Positions 18,318-27,871 of a stretch of DNA of 64,000 nt are shown in pieces (position 1 is the first letter of the stretch; every line of letters begins with the position of its first letter). The notes below the pieces were generated by a model, which worked only from the letters and a program-made list of their open reading frames with translations, had not been told where the DNA came from and ran no database searches. Position numbers and translations under genes: made by a program. This DNA comes from Candidatus Moranbacteria bacterium GW2011_GWC2_40_12 (GTDB lineage Bacteria; Patescibacteriota; Minisyncoccia; Moranbacterales; UBA11712). The DNA is taken from the NCBI GenBank assembly GCA_000995965.1, contig LBYD01000001.1:76923-140922 (forward strand). Direction: 5' to 3'.

Positions 18318-18863
18318 ATGCAAAAGCGCTTGTTTGTTGCAATAAGCCTTCCCGAGGATATAAGAAAGCGCCTGTTTCGGTTTGCCGAAAAAGAATACAA
18401 AAACTTGCCCGTAAAGTGGATCCGGCAGGAAAATATTCATCTGACGCTGAACTTTTTGGGATACATCCTGGATGAAAATGTCTTGGATATCTGCCAGTCC
18501 GTTCAAAATGCCGCTGAAAATATCAACTCTTTTGAGATGCGATTTACTGGCGCAGAATTGGGGCCAAACAGCAAGTCAAAAAAAATGATCTGGGTAACGG
18601 GAGAGAAAAGCAGAGAACTTTCGAAGCTCAAAAATGAATTGGACAAGTCATTGGGATTTTTCGAGAGAGAAATGAAAGATTTCAAGCCTCATATTACGAT
18701 TGGAAGAGTCCGGAAAAAGGAGTGGAAAAAAATCCATCCCGAGCCTTCGGTGGACAGGAACTTCAGGTTTTCAATTCCGGTTTCATCGGTTGAAATTTTT
18801 GAAAGCAGATTTGAAAAGGGAAAAAGAGTTTATTATAAATTGGAATCGTTTTCGCTAAGGTGA
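18318..18863 (+). CDS. thpR: RNA 2',3'-cyclic phosphodiesterase (2H phosphoesterase, ThpR/LigT)
   Basis: Two HxTx motifs are present: HLTLNFLG and HITIGRV. Start chosen at MQKRLFVAI. Confidence 0.8.
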   Translation: MQKRLFVAISLPEDIRKRLFRFAEKEYKNLPVKWIRQENIHLTLNFLGYILDENVLDICQSVQNAAENINSFEMRFTGAELGPNSKSKKMIWVTGEKSRELSKLKNELDKSLGFFEREMKDFKPHITIGRVRKKEWKKIHPEPSVDRNFRFSIPVSSVEIFESRFEKGKRVYYKLESFSLR

Positions 18864-18881
18864 AAATGCGAATTATCCCGA

Positions 18882-19619
18882 ATGCAAAAAAGAATGAGCG
18901 CGACAGCAAAATTATTAGGCATGAAGATTAGCAATCTTTCAGCGGCTGAAATAAACGATTGGATAAAAATTATCCTGAGTAATCCGCCTGAACAGCGATT
19001 CGTGGTTTCGCTCAATCCGGAAATCATTCTGAAGGGGCATTGCGACGAAGGTTATAAAAAAATACTAAGCAGCGCCGATTTGGCGCTTTGCGACGGATTC
19101 GGAGTGAAGTGCGCGGCTTGGCTCAAGGGCGAAAAAATTAAAACAAGGTACACCGGAGTTGATCTGGTCGAACGCTCTCTGAAATTGGCAAAAGAAAACA
19201 ATATCAGCGCGCTGGTTGTTGTTTCGAAAAACAGTCTGAGCAGTCCCGAAGAGATAGAGAAGGGGATAAGAGACAAATATGATTTCGGGGCGCGGGCAAA
19301 ATATTGGGATGACGAAAGGTTTTTTGAATGCGAAGACGCGAAGAAAGCAGAAATAGTTTTTGTGAATTTTGGCGCTCCCCATCAGGAAAAATTCATTTTT
19401 GAAAATAAAAGGAATTTTCCGAAAGCAAAATTTTTGGCGGGAGTGGGAGGGACGTTTGATTTTCTCACAGGAAAAATCAGGCGGGCTCCACAGTGGATGA
19501 GAAAGGCGGGTCTGGAATGGTTTTGGCGAATGCTCCAGGAGCCCAAGAGACTAAAGCGCATTATAAATGCAGTCGTTGTGTTTCCTTGGGTTGTTCTAAT
19601 AAATAAAAAAAATAAATGA
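18882..19619 (+). CDS. WecB/TagA/CpsF family (GT26) glycosyltransferase
   Basis: FVNFGAPHQEKFI and GVGGTFDFLTGKIRRAPQWMRKAGLEWFWRMLQEPKRLKR are characteristic of GT26. Confidence 0.8.
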   Translation: MQKRMSATAKLLGMKISNLSAAEINDWIKIILSNPPEQRFVVSLNPEIILKGHCDEGYKKILSSADLALCDGFGVKCAAWLKGEKIKTRYTGVDLVERSLKLAKENNISALVVVSKNSLSSPEEIEKGIRDKYDFGARAKYWDDERFFECEDAKKAEIVFVNFGAPHQEKFIFENKRNFPKAKFLAGVGGTFDFLTGKIRRAPQWMRKAGLEWFWRMLQEPKRLKRIINAVVVFPWVVLINKKNK

Positions 19620-20137
19620 CGAGACAGAGAATATTTTCATTATCCATTTCCACGTTCCTTTGCATAATTTTGGGTTTTTTTGTGATGAGAGGAGGCGTCG
19701 ATTGGGATGAAAAACTGGCTTATTTTTTGCATACCGCCTTATTTGTATATTTTTTGGCGGTTCTCATCTCTAATCAGCAGTATGAGGAAGATACAATGGC
19801 CAAAATCGAAAGGATTTTCAGCTCGGCGCTCGTTTCTTTCACTTTTTTTTTCCAGATGATATATGCTCCGATGGCCCGATATTTTTTTGGAAATATGATC
19901 CATAAGGCGGCTTTTTTTTCCGACACCCTGGCGCTTTTCCTGTTTCTTTTTTTCGCTTTCATATTTGTTATAGCGGCGGCGGCGGCGAGCAGTTTTTCGA
20001 GCACCGGATTCCTCTCCGGCTGGAAATTTTTCAACAATCCAACAGCCTATTTCGTCCTTCGCAATCTCTGGCTGGCAGCTGTTTTGATGGCGGTTTTCCT
20101 GTATTGGAAAAATCCTTTCCTAATTATAACAGTCTGA
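19616..20137 (+). CDS. Hypothetical integral membrane protein (about 5 helices)
   Basis: Hydrophobic segments run throughout. ATGA overlap with the GT26 gene. Confidence 0.5.
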   Translation: MTRQRIFSLSISTFLCIILGFFVMRGGVDWDEKLAYFLHTALFVYFLAVLISNQQYEEDTMAKIERIFSSALVSFTFFFQMIYAPMARYFFGNMIHKAAFFSDTLALFLFLFFAFIFVIAAAAASSFSSTGFLSGWKFFNNPTAYFVLRNLWLAAVLMAVFLYWKNPFLIITV

Positions 20138-20144
20138 ATTATAT

Positions 20145-21650
20145 ATGAGTAAAAAACCCCGGGTGCGGTTTGCGCCCAGTCCAACCGGATATTTGCATAT
20201 CGGAGGCCTGCGGACGGCTCTCTATAATTTTCTTTATGCCAAAAAATACAAGGGTGATTATTTTTTGCGGATTGAGGATACGGACCAAAAAAGAATTGTA
20301 TCAGACGCTATCGGAAAATTAATAGAATCGCTTGAATGGGCAAATATAATGCACAGCGAAGGTGTATATTTGGGCGAAGAGGGCGAAATCATCGAGAGAG
20401 GGAAATACGGGCCGTATGTCCAGTCAAGGAGACTCGATATATACCAAAAATACGCCCACGAACTTGTCGAGAAGGGGAAAGCCTATTATTGCTTCTGCAC
20501 TCCCGAGCGGCTTGACACATTGCGGGCCGTCCAAGAAAAAGCGAAACTGGCTCCCGCGTATGATAAATTGTGTCTCAAGGAGCTTTCGATGGAAGACGCA
20601 AAAAAAAGAATCGCGTCCGGGGAGAAATATGTCATCCGCTTCGATGTTCCCGAAACAGGGGAGACCGAATTTCACGACGCGGTGCGCGGGAAAATAAAAT
20701 TCGTGAACAAAAATCTTGACGACTTTGTTATTTTGAAATCGGACGGATATCCGACATACCATCTGGCACACGTCGTGGACGACCATCTTATGAAAACAAC
20801 ACTTGTTTTCAGGGGAGAGGAGTGGCTGCCGAGCACCCCAAAACATATTTTGATGTTCCGGGCTTTTGGATGGGAGGCGCCGGAATACGCACATCTGTGC
20901 GTCATTCTCAACAAAAATACGAAAAAGAAACTGTCAAAGAGGGACGGAGACGCAAGTGTCGAAGACTTTATGAAAAAAGGGTATCTTCCCGAAGCAGTCG
21001 TGAATTTCATCGCGCTTTTGGGATGGAATCCGAAAACGGAGCAGGAAATATTTTCGCTTTCCGATCTCGCAAAAGAATTTGATGTGGCAAAACTGAACCG
21101 GGCTGGAGCGATTTTAGACACGGAAAAACTCGACTGGATGAACGGGATGTATATTCGCCAGAAAAATATCAAGGACTTGGCCCAACTGTGCCGGCCTTAT
21201 CTCGAAATCGTCTCATCGGCGATCCGCCGAAAAGGCGGAAACCAAATATTATCAGATGAATATCTTGAAAAAATCGTTACAGTTGAGAGGGAGAGAATGT
21301 GTAAACTCTCGGACATCGCGGACGGGTCGGAAATATATTTTGAGAGGCCCGAATACAAAAAACAACTGCTGGCCTGGAAAAAAATGCTCGAAAAAGAAAT
21401 TCTGGATTCGCTTCAAAAATCTCTTGAGATAGTGGGGGAGATAGAAGAAAAAAAATGGGAACTGGGGAATTTGAAAAATAAATTGCTGGGAGAAGCGGAT
21501 CCGAAGAACAGGGGAATACTTTTCTGGCCGCTCCGGGTGGCGCTGACCGGAAAAGAAAAAAGCCCGTCACCTTGGGAAGTGGCGTGGGTGATAGGACGCG
21601 GTGAGAGCATGGAGAGGATTCACGCAGCCATAAAGCTGATAAAAAATTAG
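20145..21650 (+). CDS. gltX: Glutamate--tRNA ligase
   Basis: RVRFAPSPTGYLHIGGLRTALYN (HIGH motif), KLSKRDG (KMSKS) and a full-length class I GluRS pattern. Confidence 0.92.
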   Translation: MSKKPRVRFAPSPTGYLHIGGLRTALYNFLYAKKYKGDYFLRIEDTDQKRIVSDAIGKLIESLEWANIMHSEGVYLGEEGEIIERGKYGPYVQSRRLDIYQKYAHELVEKGKAYYCFCTPERLDTLRAVQEKAKLAPAYDKLCLKELSMEDAKKRIASGEKYVIRFDVPETGETEFHDAVRGKIKFVNKNLDDFVILKSDGYPTYHLAHVVDDHLMKTTLVFRGEEWLPSTPKHILMFRAFGWEAPEYAHLCVILNKNTKKKLSKRDGDASVEDFMKKGYLPEAVVNFIALLGWNPKTEQEIFSLSDLAKEFDVAKLNRAGAILDTEKLDWMNGMYIRQKNIKDLAQLCRPYLEIVSSAIRRKGGNQILSDEYLEKIVTVERERMCKLSDIADGSEIYFERPEYKKQLLAWKKMLEKEILDSLQKSLEIVGEIEEKKWELGNLKNKLLGEADPKNRGILFWPLRVALTGKEKSPSPWEVAWVIGRGESMERIHAAIKLIKN

Positions 21651-21674
21651 ATCCTTACGTTCATATAATTCAAA

Positions 21675-23003
21675 ATGCAAAAATCAAAATTAAAAATAAC
21701 AATTCAAAATGCAAAAATATTTCTTTTTTCTCTGGGATTATTTTTTGCTGTTGGAATGGCCAATAAGATAATTGCCCAAAACACGATAAACAGCACGAAC
21801 AGCGAAAACCAGGAACTTATTGAGGATAAACAGCAACAAATCGAGGATCTCCAAAAAAAGGCTGAGAGCTACCGCCAGATGATTGAAATGAAGCAGAGCA
21901 AGGCTCAGACACTCCAAAATCAGATTACCCTTATGGAGAGCCAAATCGCTAGCCTTTCGGGTGATATAGCTCTGCTTCAGCGGGATATTGACAAAACAGG
22001 CGGTGAAATTGGCAGCCTTTCGCTTCAAATCGAAGGAAAAGAAAAAGATATTGAAAACAAAAAGAAAATACTGGCTGGCGTTATCCAGTCTTATTATGAA
22101 ACAAACCATGATTCCTTGGTGGAATTTTTCCTTCGAAACACCAACCTTTCCGATTTCCTAAGCCAGTCGGACTACGCGGCACAAACAAGCGCGAAAGTTG
22201 ATGAAGTTCTCACCACAGTGATCATAGCGAGGGATGAACTCAGCAGTGACAGGAAGGATCTTCAAAAAAAGAATGACGAGCAAAGGGAAAGGCAAGGCAA
22301 GATAATGGAAAAGAAGCGCAGCCTTGACAATGAGCAAGTTTCAAAGGAAGATCTCTTGAGCCAAACGCAGGGAGAGGAACAGAAATACCAGGATCTTCTG
22401 GTGAGGGTAGAGGAGCAAAAGCAGGAACTTTTGGGAGACATTTCGGAGCTGTCGCAGGAGAGAAGCTCGGAGCTGGCTGCTGTTGAAGCGACTCTTGAAA
22501 AACCGAAATCGGGGCTCGCCTCGACAAGCTGGTATTTTTCGCAGAGAGACTCGCGCTGGGGTGACCAGCACATTGGTTTTTCAAATACGCTTATGAAGAG
22601 CTACGGATGCGCGGTTACGGCAGTGTCGATGGTTTTCCGTTTTCATGGAATAGACATCAATCCAGGCTCTCTTGCCCAGCAGCCAATTTTTTATCATGAC
22701 CTAATTGTTTGGCCGCAATCTTGGAAAGGCGTGAATCTGGTTTCTTCGACCGGGCACGGCAACATAGATTGGGATGTTATCGATAAAGAATTGAAAGATG
22801 AAAACCCGGTCATCGTTTTCGTGAAATCAGCCAAGAGGGGAGCGGGGCATTATGTGGTTATACATGGAAAGGATAAAAAGGGAGAGTACGTTGTGCATGA
22901 TCCTTATTGGGGAAGCAATATTTTCTTGAGTTCGACGAAAGCCTATGTAGGCGCGCTGTACGGAAGCGGGACGGTTGTCGACCAGATGATAATTTATCAT
23001 TAA
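21675..23003 (+). CDS. Secreted coiled-coil protein with a C-terminal C39-like (papain-fold) cysteine peptidase domain; putative cell-wall hydrolase
   Basis: A signal/TM segment is followed by ~250 aa of heptad-rich Q/E/K/L sequence. The C-terminus then has SYGCAVTAVSMVF…GAGHYVVIHG (Cys/His pair). Confidence 0.7.
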   Translation: MQKSKLKITIQNAKIFLFSLGLFFAVGMANKIIAQNTINSTNSENQELIEDKQQQIEDLQKKAESYRQMIEMKQSKAQTLQNQITLMESQIASLSGDIALLQRDIDKTGGEIGSLSLQIEGKEKDIENKKKILAGVIQSYYETNHDSLVEFFLRNTNLSDFLSQSDYAAQTSAKVDEVLTTVIIARDELSSDRKDLQKKNDEQRERQGKIMEKKRSLDNEQVSKEDLLSQTQGEEQKYQDLLVRVEEQKQELLGDISELSQERSSELAAVEATLEKPKSGLASTSWYFSQRDSRWGDQHIGFSNTLMKSYGCAVTAVSMVFRFHGIDINPGSLAQQPIFYHDLIVWPQSWKGVNLVSSTGHGNIDWDVIDKELKDENPVIVFVKSAKRGAGHYVVIHGKDKKGEYVVHDPYWGSNIFLSSTKAYVGALYGSGTVVDQMIIYH

Positions 23004-23036
23004 TTTTATTTATATTAAACATTAACCCCAAATATT

Positions 23037-23312
23037 ATGGCGAATTTTATAGAAAAAATTTTCGGAGGAAAAATGATAGCTGAAGAAGCATCGACAATAA
23101 AGGATTCAACCTTTGATGAATTGTGCAATTCTTTGCCGGAAGATCTAAGAAAGGAGCTGTGCGAGCTGGCAAAGGAAGTAAGCGGAGAAGCAGGACCGCC
23201 GACAAAGTATTTTGAGGGTAACAATGACGATCTATCACCGAAGCAGCGGAGGTTTAATGAGTTACTGTCACAAGCAAAACACGCGCACTCAGAATCAGGC
23301 GAAAGAATGTAA
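23037..23312 (+). CDS. Small acidic hypothetical protein (91 aa)
   Basis: The sequence looks more protein-like than the overlapping 141-aa antisense ORF. A hairpin lies at 23314-23341 and a terminator at 23424-23461. No clear Shine-Dalgarno sequence. Confidence 0.4.
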   Translation: MANFIEKIFGGKMIAEEASTIKDSTFDELCNSLPEDLRKELCELAKEVSGEAGPPTKYFEGNNDDLSPKQRRFNELLSQAKHAHSESGERM

Positions 23313-23423
23313 GATGTCGCATAAGCTACATTGTGCGACATAGTATACCAATCCCGGCTGCCACTTCCCCGCTGTTTTATTGAAAAAAATACATTTAAGA
23401 ATATAACATTTTTTCTTATAGCA

Positions 23424-23461
23424 AAGCCCCCGATCTTCAAATGCGGGGGCTTATCTTTTTT
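23424..23461 (+). terminator. Rho-independent terminator
   Basis: Stem AAGCCCCCG (23424-23432) / CGGGGGCTT (23444-23452), followed by TATCTTTTTT. Confidence 0.6.
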
Positions 23462-23483
23462 AAGTCACTATATAAGGAAAAAA

Positions 23484-23927
23484 TCATTTCTTTCTTCTGG
23501 TCCGCCGAAGCTTTCGCGGCGGCAGATTCTTCTTTTCTGTCTGCTTCCCTGATTTGGATATATAATCTTCAATAGCCCGCCTCAAGGCGTCGGCGGCCAG
23601 ATTAGAGCAATGCATTTTTGCCGGCGGCAGGCCAGAAAGGTTGTCGGCGATATCGCCGCGCGTGATTTTGAACGCGTCATTCAAAATCTTTCCCTTGGCT
23701 AATTGTGTCACCATGGACGATGTCGCGATCGCGGCGGCGCATCCCAAGGTCTCGAATTTGATGTCGGAAATGACATCTTTATTTCTTGAACGCTTCACTT
23801 TTATATAAACCGTCATAATATCACCGCAAGCCGGATTTCCGACCATGCCGACACCGTCCGGATTTTTGAGCCGTCCTTGGTTTTTCGGGTTCGTGAAATG
23901 TTTCAAAACCAGTTTTGAATATTGCAT
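23484..23927 (-). CDS. nifU: Fe-S cluster scaffold protein (IscU/NifU N-terminal type)
   Basis: Three conserved Cys occur in context: NPACGD, LGCAAAIATS and MHCSNLA. A basic C-terminal tail is present. Confidence 0.85.
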   Translation of the reverse strand: MQYSKLVLKHFTNPKNQGRLKNPDGVGMVGNPACGDIMTVYIKVKRSRNKDVISDIKFETLGCAAAIATSSMVTQLAKGKILNDAFKITRGDIADNLSGLPPAKMHCSNLAADALRRAIEDYISKSGKQTEKKNLPPRKLRRTRRKK

Positions 23928-23992
23928 ATGAAAAAAATTTAATTATTAATAGATTTTCCTGGTGCAATTGAAAAGATTCCGACAAGAAAGAA

Positions 23993-25192
23993 TTATTTCC
24001 CCGCTATTTTTCGAAGCCTGGCTATCGCTTCTTTGAAAGAGTTGAAAAAATAATCAATTTCCTGTTTCGTAGTAAATTTGCCGAGTGTAACTCGAAGGCT
24101 GCCGTGGCTTTCTTCCTCGCTGATGCCAATCGCCGTGAGGACATGCGACGGGCGAAGATCACCGGCGGAACATGCGCTTCCAGTGGAAACAGCTATCCCT
24201 TTCATGTCAAGCTCCAGAAGCATTCCCTCTCCCTCAACGTCCTTGACAGTGAGATTTGTGTTGTTTGGAACTCTTTTAATTTTCGATCCGTTGAGTTTCA
24301 CTCCTTGAATCTCTTTTAGTATCCTTGCGATCAGATAATCACGCATCTTTTCGACTATTTTATAATTTCTCTTCCTCTCTTTTTCGGCGATCTCGAGGGC
24401 GGTTCCGAATCCCACAATGCCAGGAACGTTCAATGTTCCCGCCCGAAAGCCAAATTCATGGCTGCCCCCGTCCTGAATGCTAAGAATAGGCGTATTTTTG
24501 CGAATGTAGAGGCATCCAATGCCCTTGGGGCCGTATATCTTGTGGCCCGAGGCCGTGAGGAGGTCAATTCCGAGATTTTGCACATTGCAGTCAAGATAAT
24601 TCACAGCCTGCACGGCGTCAGTATGGAATAAAATTTTTGGAAGATTTTTCCTTTCCCTGGCAGCATTGACTGTCCCAACAAGCTTCCCGATTTCTTTTAT
24701 GGGCTGGATTGTTCCGATTTCATTATTCACATACATCACCGAAACAAGAATTGTGTTGTTCCTTATTTCTTTCAAAACATCCGCTGCCGAAACAATCCCT
24801 TCTTTGGAAACAGGGACATAGGAAACATCGGCCATCCCCCGCTCTTCCAATTTTTTTGAAGCCTCAAGAACGCAGGAATGCTCAAATTGCGTAGTAATGA
24901 TGTGGGGCTTGGTTTTTCTTCCCGAACGCGAGGCGAGGGCAACTCCTTTGATGGCGAAATTATTGCTTTCTGTTGCTCCGGACGTAAAAATTATTTCGCC
25001 GGAATCACACCCAAAAAAATCACCCGCGATTTTCCGCGACTTTTCAACCGCCTCTTTGGCTTCTTTTCCAAAAGAGTGAAGAGACATCGGATTTCCAAAT
25101 TTTTGCGAAAAATACGGTTTCATCGCAGAAAAAACCCGCGGATCAAGCGGAGTGGTCGAAGCGTAGTCAAGATAAACTTTTTTCTTTGTCAT
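23993..25192 (-). CDS. nifS: Cysteine desulfurase (class V aminotransferase, NifS/IscS)
   Basis: SGHKIYGPKGIG (PLP lysine), SSGSACS-like STGSACSAG (active Cys loop) and YLDYASTTPL. Confidence 0.9.
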   Translation of the reverse strand: MTKKKVYLDYASTTPLDPRVFSAMKPYFSQKFGNPMSLHSFGKEAKEAVEKSRKIAGDFFGCDSGEIIFTSGATESNNFAIKGVALASRSGRKTKPHIITTQFEHSCVLEASKKLEERGMADVSYVPVSKEGIVSAADVLKEIRNNTILVSVMYVNNEIGTIQPIKEIGKLVGTVNAARERKNLPKILFHTDAVQAVNYLDCNVQNLGIDLLTASGHKIYGPKGIGCLYIRKNTPILSIQDGGSHEFGFRAGTLNVPGIVGFGTALEIAEKERKRNYKIVEKMRDYLIARILKEIQGVKLNGSKIKRVPNNTNLTVKDVEGEGMLLELDMKGIAVSTGSACSAGDLRPSHVLTAIGISEEESHGSLRVTLGKFTTKQEIDYFFNSFKEAIARLRKIAGK

Positions 25193-25295
25193 GCAATATT
25201 ATACTATATCTTGTGGCATTTTCTTGCAAGAAAGGCAGCTTTGTTTACGATTTGCGAATTTTGAACTATGATTCAATTGTTCAAACCCGTGAATC

Positions 25296-25311
25296 ATGAA
25301 TAATTATTCAT
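25296..25311. promoter_or_regulatory. Perfect 16-bp palindrome ATGAATAATTATTCAT inside a Fur-box-like AT-rich tract
   Basis: Read directly. Context: gaatcATGAATAATTATTCATaatcatttc, ending 11 nt before ATG 25323, in the divergent nifS/nuclease spacer. Confidence 0.35.
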
Positions 25312-25322
25312 AATCATTTCTG

Positions 25323-26444
25323 ATGAACACATCTTATTCCGCTCTCGATACGTTTCTTACGTGTCCGCGGAAATACAAATATTCCCAGATTGATCGAATC
25401 AAAACTCCCAAATCAAAAGAGCAGTTTTTCGGAACTTTGCTTCACAGCACTTTGAAGATTGTTCATACCCCGGGAATACTTTCCCCTACTCTTGAGCAGG
25501 CGCTGGATTTTTATTCAAAAAACTGGAACGCGGAAGTTTTTGCGGACGAAACGGAGGAGCGGGCGGCTTTTGCCCAGGGAGTGGCAATGCTTCAAGACTA
25601 TTACAAAAAAAACGACCCGGCGAAAACAAACATCATTGATCTCGAATCCCGCTTTCAGGTTGAAATTGGGGAAAATGCGGAGAAACATATAGTAAGCGGA
25701 ATTATCGATCGAATTGACAAAACCGAAGACGGATATGAAATTATTGACTACAAAACCACCCGAAAGCTTCCGAGCCAGGAAAAAGTGGACAATGACCTTC
25801 AGCTTTCGATATACCTCGCCGGATTCTTGAAGCGTTATCCCAAGGAAAAGGAAAATCTAGACAAGATAAAAGTGAGTCTTTATTACCTCAAGCACGGAGT
25901 GAAACTTTCTTCTCGCAGGACGCTTGATCAAGTGAAACAAAGCGAAGAATTGATGCTCGACCTCATCGATCAGATAAGTCGGTCAAAATTCGAGCCGACA
26001 ATCTCTGGGCTGTGCGACTGGTGCGGATACCAGAACATCTGTCCGATGTGGAAGCATAAGTTCAAAGAAAAAGGACAAAAGGATATTGATACGGCAAAGA
26101 TTATTGAAGAATATATCTCTCTCAAAGACGAAGTGAAATCAAAAACGGACCGAATCGGCGAGCTGCAGGAAATATTATCCGGTTATATGGACCAGGAAAA
26201 CATCGACCAAGTTTTTTCGGACGCCGGGCGAATTTTGCGGACGCTTCGGAAGACGTATAAATACGACAAAGAGAAATTGCGCGCGATATTGGAACCGCTT
26301 GATAAATGGGAAGAAGTTCTCAAAGTTGACGGTGTCTCACTGAGAAATATTCTCGGCGTCCTGCCCTTCGAGACAAAAAATGAAGTTGAAAAAGCCAAAG
26401 TTTTGGATAAAGAATCAAAAAGCTATATTGTCAAAAAAGGGTAG
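25323..26444 (+). CDS. PD-(D/E)XK nuclease (RecB/AddB/Cas4-like) with a Cys cluster
   Basis: GIIDRIDKTEDGYEIIDYKT (D…ExK core). An N-terminal Cys (LTCPRKY) and the C-terminal CDWCGYQNIC are typical of a 4Fe-4S nuclease domain. Confidence 0.75.
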   Translation: MNTSYSALDTFLTCPRKYKYSQIDRIKTPKSKEQFFGTLLHSTLKIVHTPGILSPTLEQALDFYSKNWNAEVFADETEERAAFAQGVAMLQDYYKKNDPAKTNIIDLESRFQVEIGENAEKHIVSGIIDRIDKTEDGYEIIDYKTTRKLPSQEKVDNDLQLSIYLAGFLKRYPKEKENLDKIKVSLYYLKHGVKLSSRRTLDQVKQSEELMLDLIDQISRSKFEPTISGLCDWCGYQNICPMWKHKFKEKGQKDIDTAKIIEEYISLKDEVKSKTDRIGELQEILSGYMDQENIDQVFSDAGRILRTLRKTYKYDKEKLRAILEPLDKWEEVLKVDGVSLRNILGVLPFETKNEVEKAKVLDKESKSYIVKKG

Positions 26445-26466
26445 CCTATGCGGATTGCGAATCTCA

Positions 26467-26985
26467 ATGAATACAGGAATTGATTCCATCTATTTTTTTA
26501 TGAGACGTAAAATAAAAAACTATATAAAACGATTCTTTTTGATTGACGATACGCCGCACAAAGTCGCGGCAGGGGCGGCGATGGGAATTTTTCTTGGAAT
26601 TGTTCCGGGAGAAGGAGTTCTCGCGACGCTTTTTCTTTCTTCTCTTTTTCGCTTCAATCGCTTGGCGGCATTGGCGGGTGTTCTGGCCGTCAATATGTGG
26701 ACTACTTTTTTGGTTTTGCCGCTCGCGGCTGCCGCCGGCGCTCTTATTTTCGAAAAGAATTATGCCGATTTGGTCACTCAATTTCATGGAGCTGGCGCTG
26801 GCTATTCAAAAATGTTTTTCAGCAAAATATTTTTCTTCGATGTTACGCTGCCTATTTTTGCTGGTTTTTTTATTACAGCCGGAATAATCTCATCCGCCAT
26901 TTATTTCATTTTGCTGTTGCTCCTCAATTTCAAAAAGGGAAAAAAGAAGATTCATTTGCTGCACAAGGAAGATTTGGGTGATTGA
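26467..26985 (+). CDS. DUF2062-like membrane protein
   Basis: DTPHKVAAGAAMGIFLGIVPGEG followed by 3 further hydrophobic helices. Start uncertain (26467 or 26500). Confidence 0.6.
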   Translation: MNTGIDSIYFFMRRKIKNYIKRFFLIDDTPHKVAAGAAMGIFLGIVPGEGVLATLFLSSLFRFNRLAALAGVLAVNMWTTFLVLPLAAAAGALIFEKNYADLVTQFHGAGAGYSKMFFSKIFFFDVTLPIFAGFFITAGIISSAIYFILLLLLNFKKGKKKIHLLHKEDLGD

Positions 26986-27005
26986 TGTTTCAATTTGTCA
27001 GAGAA

Positions 27006-27473
27006 CTACTTTACACAGCATTTGGCGGCTTGGTATCCCCTGCCAAGCGCCTCTTCGGCGGAAGAAAAGCAAATTTTGTTTTCCGGTTTTATTTTCGCTG
27101 CCAACTGGCAAGTTGAGAGGTGGTATTTGTTTGAGTTTTTGCTCGCGACGAACGCGCATTTTTGATTTTCCAAATTTGGCTGGTCGGTAGCGGTTTTATA
27201 CTGATTATTTTGCTCGAGATTCTGATTTGCGCCGGTAGTGCTGCTTTCGCCTCTTGGGCATGGCGCGCAGGCAAGCTGGTTCACCTCAACCGGTGTTTTT
27301 TGATTTTTCTGCCCTTTCAGGAATCCTGCTTCGAAAGAAAACAGCGCGATCAAGACAATGGCGACGGCAAGAATGACTTTTTCCCCATACTTTAGCCAAA
27401 AATGCCTCATTTTCTGGAGAAAAGACGGTTTCCCCGGGTTTTGGCTTTGGCTTAGGTGTTCAAATGTTGACAT
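27006..27473 (-). CDS. Membrane-anchored protein with a C-terminal Cys-containing Ada-Zn-like motif
   Basis: One TM helix ([15 protein letters not shown]). The C-terminus [38 protein letters not shown] resembles the YHxxxC…PEN…F…EEA…GY…C pattern. Start ambiguous (27509, 27473 or 27410). Confidence 0.5.
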   Translation of the reverse strand: MSTFEHLSQSQNPGKPSFLQKMRHFWLKYGEKVILAVAIVLIALFSFEAGFLKGQKNQKTPVEVNQLACAPCPRGESSTTGANQNLEQNNQYKTATDQPNLENQKCAFVASKNSNKYHLSTCQLAAKIKPENKICFSSAEEALGRGYQAAKCCVK

Positions 27474-27495
27474 TTGCCATATTATAATATAAAAT
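27467..27495 (+). promoter_or_regulatory. Promoter TTGACA-17-TAAAAT for rpmA
   Basis: TTGACA at 27467-27472 and TAAAAT at 27490-27495, about 55 nt upstream of ATG 27549. Confidence 0.5.
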
Positions 27496-27548
27496 CCAAT
27501 AGTCTTCAAAATATCTCGTATCTTATATTTTATTCGTTATCTAACTTT

Positions 27549-27821
27549 ATGGCACATCGTAAAGCCGGAGGAAGCACTCAATTGGGCCGAGACTCAATTT
27601 CAAAGCGCCTGGGCGTCAAAAAATTCGGCGGAGAAAAAGTCCGGACCGGAAATATCATCATCCGCCAGCGCGGAACAAAATTCCGGGCCGGAAAAAACGT
27701 GAAGCGCGGCTCGGACGATACTCTTTTCGCAATGGCTGACGGCGCCGTCAAATTCACCGCCAAAAAAATCCGAAAATTCACAGGAAAGCTTGAAAGAGTT
27801 CAGTTTGTGAACGTGGAATAA
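27549..27821 (+). CDS. rpmA: 50S ribosomal protein L27
   Basis: [29 protein letters not shown]…[13 protein letters not shown] is the canonical L27 sequence. Confidence 0.93.
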   Translation: MAHRKAGGSTQLGRDSISKRLGVKKFGGEKVRTGNIIIRQRGTKFRAGKNVKRGSDDTLFAMADGAVKFTAKKIRKFTGKLERVQFVNVE

Positions 27822-27838
27822 TATATTTTCAGAAATAT

Positions 27839-27871
27839 AAAAAAATGGAGGCGCTAGCGCTTCCATTTTTT
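27839..27871. terminator. Bidirectional terminator hairpin overlapping the pyrG stop codon
   Basis: ATGGAGGCGC TA GCGCTTCCAT (one G-T pair), flanked by an A-run and a T-run. The pyrG TAG sits at the palindrome centre. Confidence 0.55.

Noticed and set aside
23015-23440. 141-aa minus-strand ORF
   Set aside because: The sequence is Ser-rich and low-complexity, running antisense to a more plausible 91-aa acidic ORF. It spans a + strand terminator hairpin.
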